DNA of 64,000 nt from Fibrobacteria bacterium. GTDB taxonomy: Bacteria > Fibrobacterota > Fibrobacteria > UBA11236. Under the pieces are notes generated by a model that was not told the DNA's origin, ran no database searches, and saw only the letters and a program-made list of their open reading frames with translations. This document shows positions 9,196-21,887 of this stretch, one piece after another; the stretch's first letter is position 1; the number at the start of each line of letters is the position of its first letter. A program made the translations under genes and the position numbers. Where the stretch lies: the NCBI GenBank assembly GCA_041746255.1, contig JBGTHM010000126.1, forward strand, positions 1 through 64,000. The letters run 5' to 3'.

Positions 9196-10227
9196 ATGGA
9201 AAGGATTAAAGTAGCCGTAAACGGATATGGCGTGATTGGCAAAAGGGTTGCCGACGCCGTGTGTCAGCAGGAAGACATGGAACTTATAGGCGTTTGCGAC
9301 GTGGCCTCCGATTGGAGGATTCAAATCGCCGTTAAAAAGGGCATGGCCCTTTTCGCGGGGCATGAGGAAGCGGCGGGGAATATGCGCCGGGCCGGTCTTG
9401 AATCCGGGGGACTCTTGGAGGACCTGGTGCGGCAATGCGATGTGGTGGTGGATTGCGCTCCCAAGAAGCTGGGAGCGCGAAATTCGGAAACGTATCGCAA
9501 CCTGGGCGTCAAGTTCATTCTCCAGGGTGGGGAAAAGCATGAAACGACGGGGCATTCCTTCGTCGCCGAGGTCAATTACGCTTCCGCCGTGGGCATTCAG
9601 GCCACCCGGGTGGTTTCCTGCAATACCACCTCCATCGTACGCACCCTGAGCGCTTTGAAGCGGGCCAGTTTGCTGCTGTCTGCCCGGGGAACACTGCTGA
9701 GGCGGGCCACCGATCCTTGGGAAAGCCATATGCACGGCATCATGAACACCTTGGTTCCCGAGCCGGAAATTCCCAGCCATCAGGGACCGGACGCCCAATC
9801 CGTGGATCCGTCCCTGGACGTGGTCACCATGGCCGTCAAGGTGCCGGAGAACCAGAGCCACCTTCATTATTGGAATGTCCGCCTTACACGCGCATCTTCC
9901 AAGGAAGAGGTGCTGGAGGCTTTCCGCTCCTCCTCCCGGATCGCTTTTATACGGCATGGCGACGGTATCGAGGCGATCAACTCGGTGCGGGAGCTGATGT
10001 CGGATATGGGAAGGCCCAGGGGAGACATGTATGAAGTGGCCGTGTGGGAGGATATCCTGAAAGTGGAGGACGATGAGCTGTTTTTCACTTATGTCGTGGA
10101 CAACCAGTCCATAGTCATTCCCGAAACCATGGACGCCATCCGGGCTCTTTCCGGAAAGGAGCAGGATGCGAACAAGTCCATTGAAAAAACAGACGGGGCC
10201 TTGGGCATTAAAGGCCGTTTTCCATGA
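9196..10227 (+). CDS. Type II (archaeal-type) glyceraldehyde-3-phosphate dehydrogenase
   Basis: VAVNGYGVIGKRVADAV, QGGEKH, catalytic VVSCNTT, RRATDP, PSHQGPD, NQSIVIPE; GGAGG SD before ATG at 9196. Confidence 0.92.
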   Translation: MERIKVAVNGYGVIGKRVADAVCQQEDMELIGVCDVASDWRIQIAVKKGMALFAGHEEAAGNMRRAGLESGGLLEDLVRQCDVVVDCAPKKLGARNSETYRNLGVKFILQGGEKHETTGHSFVAEVNYASAVGIQATRVVSCNTTSIVRTLSALKRASLLLSARGTLLRRATDPWESHMHGIMNTLVPEPEIPSHQGPDAQSVDPSLDVVTMAVKVPENQSHLHYWNVRLTRASSKEEVLEAFRSSSRIAFIRHGDGIEAINSVRELMSDMGRPRGDMYEVAVWEDILKVEDDELFFTYVVDNQSIVIPETMDAIRALSGKEQDANKSIEKTDGALGIKGRFP

Positions 10228-10313
10228 TGTTCCTGAATGATGCAAAGCGACGGATGCGCATGACTGCGAAACATTTTTTCATCGGTTGGTAAAATGAAAA
10301 AGGAGAAACTTCT

Positions 10314-10550
10314 ATGCCGTATTGGCACCACGATTGGCACATGACAGGTTGGCATTTCATGTGGATGGCGCTTTGGTGGACCTTGATTCTCGCCGGCATC
10401 GCCTGGATCATCTGGTCGGTGAACAATCGCACCCGTCCGGTCGGAGGACCCGATCAGGAAACTCCGGAGATGCTCCTGAAAAAGCGTTACGCCAGGGGCG
10501 AGATTGATACGGATGAGTACCGGCGGAAATTGAATGAACTGCGGGAATAG
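10314..10550 (+). CDS. SHOCT-domain membrane protein
   Basis: TM helix followed by LKKRYARGEIDTDEY; AAGGAG SD. Confidence 0.85.
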   Translation: MPYWHHDWHMTGWHFMWMALWWTLILAGIAWIIWSVNNRTRPVGGPDQETPEMLLKKRYARGEIDTDEYRRKLNELRE

Positions 10551-10551
10551 C

Positions 10552-11011
10552 ATGAAGCCAGCCTTGTATCGCAGTTTCGCTCCATGCGGAACCCTCAGGT
10601 TCTCCTTCGAAAACGGCATACTCCCGCTAGTGCTCGCCTATAAACCGGATGCTTGCGCCCTCGATACTTCCCCGCAGCCGGATGGTGTCGTCATGCTGGG
10701 AAATGTTTCCATGCACGGAGTCTTTGTGAACAACGAACCGGCCCCGCTGGTTCGGAAAGGGAAAATGCATCTTTAAGCTGAGGTTCCAGCAATTCCAGGT
10801 GTTGCCGGTGCGCGCGGTGCATGTGCATATGAAACCCCTCGAAAAGGGGAAGCAGGTTTTCGCGCTGTTGTTCAAAACCGGAGACATCCGTGACGGAGGC
10901 TTTGCCGGACCCATGATCAAAGGAACCCGAAGTGAATCTCGAAATTAACGTCACGCCGTTCATCCGTTTCACACCCGGCGTGAGCTACCGCTGGATGAGG
11001 GGAGACGTCCC
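10552..11011 (+). pseudogene. Degraded gene remnant(s); 3' part resembles an outer-membrane beta-barrel end
   Basis: Broken frames; EPEVNLEINVTPFIRFTPGVSYRW has an alternating beta-strand pattern. Confidence 0.35.
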
Positions 11012-12082
11012 TCAGGATCCGGCCCGGAAAAGCAATCCGTTGGGAAGCCGGCCCACCGCCATGTTTTTGGTCACCTCGCGGGATGCCAGCGCGATGATGC
11101 TTAAGGTTCCGGAAGCCTGATTCGAAACATAGCCCGTGCTGCCGTCTTCGGAAAAGGCAATGGCATGTGCGCCGGGTCCGGTTACCAATTCGCCCAGACG
11201 CGTATCGCCGTCCTGGGAATAAAATACCACCTTGCCATTTTCGGAATCGGTGACCCAAAGTTCGCCGTTAGGGGCCAGGGCCGCCATGCCCGGCATGAAT
11301 CCCAAATCGACTGTACTGATTATTTCCAGGCTCCCCGCGTCGATGATGGTCAGGCTTTTTCCGGCTTCATTATCTACATACATAAGTCCGTTGGACCCCG
11401 GCCACGCGGCCACGGGACCTTTGCCGACAGGGATGGTCTTTACCTTAGCCTTGGAAGAGGCGTCGATGATGGTGACATCATTCGATTCCCCGTTGGCCAC
11501 AAACGCATATTTGCCGTCCCAGGAAAAAGTGATCTCCGCGGGCATATTTCCCACCGGTATGGAATGCTTGACGACCAAGGTGGCGGCGTCCAATACCAAT
11601 GCCTTCCCATCCCCGGTCATTTCGGCCGTCCAGATTTCCTTTCCGTCCGGCGAAAAAACGGCGTTATGATTGGGCTTTTCCAAATGCCTTGCCGCGATTG
11701 TCCGACCGGTTAAAGGATTCAGGACGAAAATGGCGGCGCGCGTTCCGCCGTGGCCGTGACTCCCATGACCTCCGCCATGCCCTTCGCTGAGATCAATGCC
11801 GGGCGCGGCCAGAGCAAGGGACATCCCATCCGGGCTCAGGTAGATATGATGGGGATAAGCCGCTTCTTTCAACTCGATGGTTCCCACCAGTTCCGCCGTG
11901 GAAGCGTCAAGCACGGAAAGGGAAGCGCTTCCGCCGTTCACCACGAACAAGGCATCCCCGGTTAAGGACGGTATGGGCACGGTGGACGGATCCTTCATGG
12001 TCTCATGATTCATCATCGTGCATCCGGCCAGAATGGGAATCAAAGTGAATAGACCTGAAATATTGCCGTTGCGGAACGCCAT
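11012..12082 (-). CDS. YVTN/YncE-family beta-propeller lipoprotein with His/Gly-rich loop
   Basis: Lipobox LAGC; repeats such as FSPDGK, YAFVANGESNDVTIID, IPVG..P; GHGGGHGSHGHGG loop. Confidence 0.85.
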   Translation of the reverse strand: MAFRNGNISGLFTLIPILAGCTMMNHETMKDPSTVPIPSLTGDALFVVNGGSASLSVLDASTAELVGTIELKEAAYPHHIYLSPDGMSLALAAPGIDLSEGHGGGHGSHGHGGTRAAIFVLNPLTGRTIAARHLEKPNHNAVFSPDGKEIWTAEMTGDGKALVLDAATLVVKHSIPVGNMPAEITFSWDGKYAFVANGESNDVTIIDASSKAKVKTIPVGKGPVAAWPGSNGLMYVDNEAGKSLTIIDAGSLEIISTVDLGFMPGMAALAPNGELWVTDSENGKVVFYSQDGDTRLGELVTGPGAHAIAFSEDGSTGYVSNQASGTLSIIALASREVTKNMAVGRLPNGLLFRAGS

Positions 12083-12168
12083 TTCTTCTCCTTATAGCGG
12101 TGTATCTTTTTGATGCGTTTTTCTTTCATGCGGGTGCCGGTTTGGCCCGAGGCAATCGCGGTAGGAAG

Positions 12169-12636
12169 TTATTCTCCTCCCACTCTATGAATATGCGTCA
12201 GCGTCGCCCCTTCATGCCCCGCAGCCAGGACGGCAAAAGCGGCCCCCAAAGCCAAGACGAAGGCGATAACCGCCAAAGGCATGCGGAAGCGAACAGCTCC
12301 CCTCCAGGCCTGTAAAGCCGAAAACAAGGCCGCGGGTCCCGACAAACCCAATACCCACCAGGCCCAGGTCTCATGCGTATGCAGGACGTCCTGGGCCAGG
12401 AGCGTCATGGCTTCGGGATGTGGATGGAAAACCCAGGAAGCCAGCGCCCCGGCCAACCATCCCGTGCCCATACAAGCCGCTGCGGTCCACTCCAGCGCCT
12501 TTTGGCGCAAGGCCCATCCCAACATCAGCAACAGTGTGCCTAGCGGAAGCAAAACCACCGGGAAATGGACGATCAGAGGATGAATGGTGGGAAATTCGTC
12601 CCATAAGGCGAGCAAGGATCCGTTCCCCGCGGGCAT
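12169..12636 (-). CDS. DUF2231-family membrane protein
   Basis: IHPLIVHFPV...HE...GHEGATL motifs, about 4 TM helices. Confidence 0.8.
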   Translation of the reverse strand: MPAGNGSLLALWDEFPTIHPLIVHFPVVLLPLGTLLLMLGWALRQKALEWTAAACMGTGWLAGALASWVFHPHPEAMTLLAQDVLHTHETWAWWVLGLSGPAALFSALQAWRGAVRFRMPLAVIAFVLALGAAFAVLAAGHEGATLTHIHRVGGE

Positions 12637-12639
12637 CGG

Positions 12640-13218
12640 CTAGTGATGCCCCTCATGCGCCGCGTCCGATTTCCCATCCGCTCCTTCGTCCTTGGCGTGA
12701 AGGGTCTTTTTCAAACCGCCGCAGGCGAACATGCTTGCGCCGAAATAGGGGTTTTCCACACCATCGGTGGATTGCAGCCAGTCCGCGCCCTTGTTGCCGT
12801 CGACCATGGGGCAATGGTATATCAATACCGGCGCGTCGCCCGCATTTTCGGCTTCGGACATGAGCATCACCATCCTGCCGCTGAAACCCTGGAAGGCCTT
12901 GCGGTATGCCTTAATGTCCTTGGCCCGATTCAGAATTTTGAAATCCTCCAATATATCTTTGCTTTTGACGCTATGGCTCAATTCGGCCGGGAATTTATGC
13001 GGCTCTTTCAAAAACACCCTTCCAGTCTGCTGCGCCGTTTTCAAATCGTCCTTGGACAAGGCATTTTGAATCTCGAGATAGGTCGAATATAGGGCGTTCA
13101 ATTCCTTCCGGCCTATTTCGCCATGCGCATGATCTCCATGGGCGAATAGGAGGATGGGTGCGGCGAGCAGCAATGAGCCTGCACTTAGGAATGTTTTCCA
13201 AAAAAAAGAAGATCTCAT
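12640..13218 (-). CDS. DUF3347-family periplasmic metal-binding protein
   Basis: Signal peptide; YLEIQNAL..DD; YHCPM...GADWLQ....NPYFG..M..CG; His-rich ends. Confidence 0.85.
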   Translation of the reverse strand: MRSSFFWKTFLSAGSLLLAAPILLFAHGDHAHGEIGRKELNALYSTYLEIQNALSKDDLKTAQQTGRVFLKEPHKFPAELSHSVKSKDILEDFKILNRAKDIKAYRKAFQGFSGRMVMLMSEAENAGDAPVLIYHCPMVDGNKGADWLQSTDGVENPYFGASMFACGGLKKTLHAKDEGADGKSDAAHEGHH

Positions 13219-13462
13219 AGGTTGGGCCTCCGGTTATTAGTTTTGCGTCATCGCGAAATTACAAAATTGGCTGAAAACAAGTAAGTTACACAATGACTGT
13301 TTGCGGTTTTTCGGTCGATTTGTCCCATTCCTTACACTGCAACGTTATCTGACGTTCAACCTCGAAGTGCTACCTTCAGGGAGTTTAGACAGAAGGCAAT
13401 GGATTTTGAGTTTCTAATTTATGGGGTGAAGATAACGAACGAAGAATAAAGAGGAAACCAAA

Positions 13463-14077
13463 ATGGATCGAAAAGAACACTGGGAAAAAGTCTACAACAC
13501 GAAATCTCATAAAGAAGTAAGCTGGTTCACCGAACACGCTACTGTGGCACTGGAACTTATTAGTCAAACTAAGATTGGCAAAGAAAATTCGATCATCGAC
13601 ATCGGAGGCGGAGCTTCCACTTTGGTTGACGACTTGATGAAGCAAGGGTTTGAAGACATCACGGTTATCGATATTTCATCCAAAGCGTTAGAAATCGCAA
13701 AGTCACGTCTTGGGCATGAAGCCAGCAAAGTAATTTGGATTGAAGCCGATATTTTGGAATCTAATTTCAATAATCGGAATTATGATCTATGGCATGACCG
13801 GGCTGTTTTCCATTTTTTAACTTCGGATCTGGAAAGAATTCAATACAAAGGCAAATTGGCAAAGCACTTGGCGAATGGTGGCCACGCCATACTAAGCATT
13901 TTCGCCGACGATGGCCCAGAAAAATGCAGTGGATTGACAATTCGAAGGCATGGAAATTCCGAACTTGAACAGTTTATGGGCCCGGAGTTTGAATTGGTTT
14001 TCCACTCACGGACCATACACCAGACACCATCCAAAACAGATCAGAAATTCATCAACATGATTTTCCAAAGGAAGTGA
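13463..14077 (+). CDS. Class I SAM-dependent methyltransferase
   Basis: HWEKVY, IIDIGGGAS, DLWHDRAVFHFL, GPEKCSGL; visibly AT-richer than its neighbours. Confidence 0.9.
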   Translation: MDRKEHWEKVYNTKSHKEVSWFTEHATVALELISQTKIGKENSIIDIGGGASTLVDDLMKQGFEDITVIDISSKALEIAKSRLGHEASKVIWIEADILESNFNNRNYDLWHDRAVFHFLTSDLERIQYKGKLAKHLANGGHAILSIFADDGPEKCSGLTIRRHGNSELEQFMGPEFELVFHSRTIHQTPSKTDQKFINMIFQRK

Positions 14078-14270
14078 AGACTCATGCTTGTCCCGATGCC
14101 TCGGCGCCTTCCCGGCCAGCGCGGAACCAAGACTGGTGGGGCTTCGGCCGCAAGCCTCCTGGCGGGCGTTCGGCCGGTCTGCCATGGGGCTACCTGGACT
14201 ACACGTCGCGTTCTGGCCCGTATGACGTCGAGGTGGCTAATCCCTAAATTGAAGGAATATAAGCCCGATA

Positions 14271-14771
14271 TTGACTTATTTTTTTACATTGCTTAAAATT
14301 GTGGCTTCTAAAGTTGAGGCTTCATATCAGGCAAAGATCTTGAAAAACAAATCCCGAATTTTTAAAAGTGTCTCCTGCTTAATGCTGGCGGCTCTTTGCT
14401 TCTCCTTTTTTGCAGAGAGCTTGGGTCCGATACTCATCACGACCTTTACCGATCATTCCCATGAAGCCAGTGTCTCGCATCAGGATGGAAAAACTCGTTT
14501 AATACTTGTCCACGATCACGATAGGACAGCATTCAGCGATGGCTCGTCGGAAACCGAACATCCCGACCATGAGCACCGGTTCATGGAACAGGATATACCC
14601 TTCCTGTTGGCGGCAAAGTCAGGAGTATTCTCTTTTCCACCTGCAATTCCGACCCGATCCTCGTTGTCTTGCCTCTTCCTCAGCTCCGCCACCAAGCCGT
14701 TCTTCCCTTCTTACGACCCCGGACCGCAGCCGTTACTGATACGGGTGCGTTCAGTCGTCATCCTCGTTTAA
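14271..14771 (+). CDS. His-rich CzcI-like accessory protein (start uncertain, possibly TTG at 14340)
   Basis: DHSH, HDHD and EHPDHEH motifs; Pro-rich tail ending RSVVILV; lies directly upstream of czcC. Confidence 0.55.
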   Translation: MTYFFTLLKIVASKVEASYQAKILKNKSRIFKSVSCLMLAALCFSFFAESLGPILITTFTDHSHEASVSHQDGKTRLILVHDHDRTAFSDGSSETEHPDHEHRFMEQDIPFLLAAKSGVFSFPPAIPTRSSLSCLFLSSATKPFFPSYDPGPQPLLIRVRSVVILV

Positions 14772-14877
14772 ATCTCCCAAATATTAGCGCTGTGGCTGAG
14801 TCATAACGGCCCGGCCTAATCCTCTCACTCCGTTCCGGAAATTCTTTCCGGACCCACGTCTTTGCTGGAGGTTTCGC

Positions 14878-16164
14878 ATGCTGAAAAAATTTCTCGTTCT
14901 TCTCGGTTCGTGCATGAGCGCGGTCCTGGCGCAGGCCGACACCCACCCGTCACCGGAAAGTCCGTCGGGCGGTTCCGATTCCCTCACTTTTGAACAGGCA
15001 CTGGAAAGGGTTTTCAAAATCCATCCCGCCCTGGAAGCGGGCCGAAGTGCGATTTCGGCGCGCGCGGCGGCCAGGGATGAGGCCGGGCGCGGTCCGAACC
15101 CGGAAGTGGGAATCGAAGTCGAGGATGCTCTGGGCACGGGTTCCTATCGCGGTCTTGACGAGGCCCAAACGACGTTCCAGGTCAGCCAAACCCTGGAATG
15201 GAGTGGAAAACGCAGTAGTCGCAAACAAGTAGCCTCCGCGGAAAAGAGATTGGCGGAAACGGAACTCAGGCGGAAACGCTTGGAACTGCAAGCCTTGACG
15301 CGCACCCACTTCATGGAGGCGCTGGCTGCCCAAAAGCGACTAGCACTGGCGCAAGAGGCGGCCATCCTTGCGCAACGGCTTCTTGATGCCGTCACGCGTC
15401 GTGTTCAAGAAGGCGCGACTTCCTCTGCTGACGCAATCCGAGCCCGCTTGGCCGTCACCGAAGCAATTATGGAAGCGCGGCAAGACACGCTTCGGCTTAC
15501 GGCCTCCAAGAAAAGTTTGGCCATCCTCTTCGGTTATGAGAACTTGGCTCTCCCTGCTCTTCGAGGCGACCTGGATTCCCTGCCTACCCTAGAGTTGCCG
15601 GAAAAATTGGCCCAAATTCTGGAACAAAGCCCGGAAGCTGCTTTGAAGGCCGATAACGTGAAGTTGGCCGAGGCCCGCTTGCTCCAGCAGCAGAGCTTGG
15701 CGGGCCCCGACGTGACCCTGAATGCCGGCCTCCGCCATGCTGCTGCGCCGAATGACTTTGCTTTGGTGGGGGGTGTTTCCATGCCGCTGCCCATCCGTAA
15801 TCGGAACCAAGGTGGAAAGGAGGAAGCGCGGCACGAACTTGGGCGGGCGAAGGCTGAGGAGAAAGCTTTCCTACTGGAACTCAAGTCCGCCGTGGCGGGA
15901 GTCCATCAAGAGTTGGTCCTGGCCCGGGACGAGGCGGTGACCTTGAGAGAAATCCTGATTCCCGATTCTGAAAAAGCCGCCCAAGTGTTGGAGGATGGAT
16001 ACCGGCGCGGACGGTTCGGCGTGCTGGATGTCCTCAGCGCCAAGGGCGACCTGTTCCGCCATCGGGTGCAGTATTTGGACGCCGTGCTCAGATACCAAAA
16101 AGGTTATGCGGAGTTGCAACGATTTATTGGCGCGGAAGATGCGCCGGAGAGGACCCCGAAATGA
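14878..16164 (+). CDS. czcC: CzcC/TolC-family outer membrane factor
   Basis: Signal peptide, PNPE, duplicated OEP helices, VSMPLPIRNRNQG. Confidence 0.88.
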   Translation: MLKKFLVLLGSCMSAVLAQADTHPSPESPSGGSDSLTFEQALERVFKIHPALEAGRSAISARAAARDEAGRGPNPEVGIEVEDALGTGSYRGLDEAQTTFQVSQTLEWSGKRSSRKQVASAEKRLAETELRRKRLELQALTRTHFMEALAAQKRLALAQEAAILAQRLLDAVTRRVQEGATSSADAIRARLAVTEAIMEARQDTLRLTASKKSLAILFGYENLALPALRGDLDSLPTLELPEKLAQILEQSPEAALKADNVKLAEARLLQQQSLAGPDVTLNAGLRHAAAPNDFALVGGVSMPLPIRNRNQGGKEEARHELGRAKAEEKAFLLELKSAVAGVHQELVLARDEAVTLREILIPDSEKAAQVLEDGYRRGRFGVLDVLSAKGDLFRHRVQYLDAVLRYQKGYAELQRFIGAEDAPERTPK

Positions 16165-17441
16165 AAGCCAGGCAATTCATCATCACGGCAGCCGTTTTAC
16201 TGGGCGGCCTGATTCTGGGATTCGTGATCCTGAGGATGGAGAAGTCCCAGCCCAGCGGAGAACATGGTCAAGAGGAACATGGCGATCATGGGGAAGCCCA
16301 TGAAGAAGACTTCGAGCGAGGTCCCCATCGCGGCCGGATGCTCAGGGACGGGGAATTCGCCTTGGAGCTTTCCATTTTCGAAACCGGAGTGCCGCCGCAG
16401 TTCCGGGCCTACCCATTCGATCATGGTAAACCGGTGCCGCCGCAAGACCTGCAATTGTCCGTGGAATTGCATCGCCTCGGTGGCAGTGTAGACACCATCG
16501 GCTTCGCGCCTCAAGGGGAATTTCTACTCGGGGATAAAACCGTGGAGGAACCTCATTCCTTCGACGTGAAGATTCTGGCGGAGCGCGACGGAAAAAACCA
16601 CAGGTGGGAGTATTCGCAGGTGGAGGGCCGGGTGGAAATGGAGCCGGAAGCCATGTTGGCCTCCGGTATCGTGGTGGAGCCGGCGGGACCGGCGGTGATG
16701 CAATCCATCCTTTCCCTCAACGGCAAAATCATCGCGAACGAAGACCGGCTGGCCCACATCTTCGCGCGGTTTCCCGGCATGGTGAAGGAGGTACGCAAGC
16801 ATCTGGGCGAAACCGTGAAGAAGGGCGAAATCCTGGCCATCATCGAAAGCAACGAAAGCCTGGAATCCTATGCAGTGAAGTCTCAGATCGACGGCACCAT
16901 CATCCGCAAACATATTACCGTCGGGGAAACCGTCGGGCCGGATGTCGAATTGTTCGCCATTACCGATCTCAACACGGTATGGGCGGATTTCAGCGTGTAT
17001 CGGCAGGATTTCCCCCGTCTGCGCAAGGGTCAGAATATCGTCGTGGATGCCGGCGACGAGACCGAACCTATCCTCACTAACTTGGCCTATCTCTCACCCA
17101 TCAAAACCGAGCATACCCAGACCATGACGGCCCGCGCCGCGCTTTCCAACCAAAGTGGCCAATGGCCGCCGGGACTATTCGTGAAAGGAAATGTGGTTTT
17201 GGAGGAGTTCCGGGTACCGGTCGCCGTGAAGCTCGAAGCCTTGCAGACCTTCCGGGATTGGGAGGTTGTTTTCATCAATGTTGGCACCACCTTCGAAGCC
17301 CGACCGGTGGATATCGGCCGCCGGGACGGGGAATGGGCGGAAGTACTGTCAGGTCTCGCACCGGGAGAACACTACGTCACAAAAAACAGTTTCACCATCA
17401 AAGCCGATATCGGGAAATCCGGGGCCAGCCATGACCATTAA
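16161..17441 (+). CDS. czcB: CzcB-type RND periplasmic adaptor
   Basis: His-rich linker, GPHRGR, EPHSFDV, lipoyl halves, ends KSGASHDH. Confidence 0.88.
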   Translation: MKARQFIITAAVLLGGLILGFVILRMEKSQPSGEHGQEEHGDHGEAHEEDFERGPHRGRMLRDGEFALELSIFETGVPPQFRAYPFDHGKPVPPQDLQLSVELHRLGGSVDTIGFAPQGEFLLGDKTVEEPHSFDVKILAERDGKNHRWEYSQVEGRVEMEPEAMLASGIVVEPAGPAVMQSILSLNGKIIANEDRLAHIFARFPGMVKEVRKHLGETVKKGEILAIIESNESLESYAVKSQIDGTIIRKHITVGETVGPDVELFAITDLNTVWADFSVYRQDFPRLRKGQNIVVDAGDETEPILTNLAYLSPIKTEHTQTMTARAALSNQSGQWPPGLFVKGNVVLEEFRVPVAVKLEALQTFRDWEVVFINVGTTFEARPVDIGRRDGEWAEVLSGLAPGEHYVTKNSFTIKADIGKSGASHDH

Positions 17442-17461
17442 TACCGTTGCCCAAAGGTTGA

Positions 17462-20614
<3,153 letters not shown>

Positions 20615-21080
20615 AAGTGTCTTTGCACATCAAAAACCGAGATCAATGGAAATACAATTGCACAACGAATGCAGTGCAAAATGCTGGCGCACTTCGCGCA
20701 TGCGGCGAAGAATATAAAAGATGAGAATAAAGAGAGTTCCGCGCCTTTCGGCCCCAAACTAAAGTTATTGAGGGGGCACCTATTCGTTGACTGAAGCTGC
20801 GCATTTTCGTGGTGATTCCAGGGTCCTTTGCGCTTGAAAACTTCAAACAATAGGTGACCGGAGTAATAAAATGATGAAGTCATCCGCGCCACTATAGCGG
20901 CGCATCGAGAACAAAATTAACGGTTAAACTCTAAGGAGAATTCAATACCTCCCAGTCTTATTCCGATGCCTTGGCACTGGGAGAGTTTAAGCAATCGCCA
21001 TGTCAAATTATGCATACCATCGTGACGGGTAAATCCGGGAAAAATCTTTTGGGAATTCACACAATGGGGGCCATGCTTCC

Positions 21081-21887
21081 TCAAAAATGGGCGCCAGAAT
21101 GGGCATTCGGATGCCTCGGAGCATGCATGCGCATTTTTGCGGGTCGCAGAAGTAAAAAGGCCCCCAAGGAAACTGGGAATTGCCCATATTCCCGACGTAA
21201 GGGTTCCCCTGTGGCATGGAAAACGCCTTGGGCCCCGAACAACATTTCCAAACCGGCCGCGCTCCAAATCCTGTAGCCGGCGCCCAAGGTCAGGGCGTTT
21301 ACCCAATGTAGATCATGCGGATCCCCCTCCTCCAGTTCCAACTCTTCAGCTTCACGTTGCAGGGTCTCGAAGCGGAAATAGGGCGTCCAGCGCGCAAGGG
21401 TCGACTGGGCCTCCGCCGTCAGGGAATGTTCCAGGTCGTGTCCGTTCCCCAAACCGAGATTTCCGCCATAAACCAGCGCCGCCGAAAAATCGTTTTCGAT
21501 TCCCAGAGGCAGACTATAATGTAACGAACGGGTGAAGCGGGCGAAATCTTCTTCGGGGCGTAGAACATCCGGCGAATGCAAATGGGCTCCGGATATTTGG
21601 GAACTGACAAAAGCGTTCGGACTGTAGGCCAGCCGCAAGCCATAAGAATCGAAGCGCGGCCTGTCAAAATCCCAGCGTCTTTCGTCGGGTTCCCTCCCCG
21701 TGAATAGGGACGCATCGATTTTAAAATCTCCGAGAATGGCCCCCAGCGTGGCCACGCCGAAGGTGATGTGGGTGGCGTCCTGGTTGTGGTGACCCAGCAC
21801 CGCATCGGACAGGACTTCCGCCGAGGGCCTATGCCTGTAGGTGGTGGGGCCCACGGAGGGCTCTCCGGGATAAGCCAGATTGGACAA
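21081..21887 (-). pseudogene. 5'-truncated outer-membrane beta-barrel protein of metal-resistance clusters
   Basis: Starts mid-protein at YPGEPSVGP...HHNQDATHITFGVATLG...FTGREPDE; no signal peptide; abuts another truncated gene. Confidence 0.65.

Noticed and set aside
9055..10245. 396-aa minus-strand ORF, and similar long antisense ORFs (2895-3677, 7914-8618, 20047-20892, 28672-29544)
   Set aside because: Shadow frames of well-supported genes in GC-rich DNA, with no recognisable motifs.
10552..10776. Multicopper oxidase fragment
   Set aside because: Only a vague resemblance and no His-cluster motifs; kept as an unassigned remnant.
14772..14877. NiCo (czcD) riboswitch upstream of czcC
   Set aside because: Partial GCCGGGC...ACAG similarity is on the wrong strand and the CUGAGCAGGC core is absent.
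20615..21080. Small ORFs or ncRNA between czcA and the barrel fragment
   Set aside because: No convincing SD, protein motif or stable RNA structure seen.
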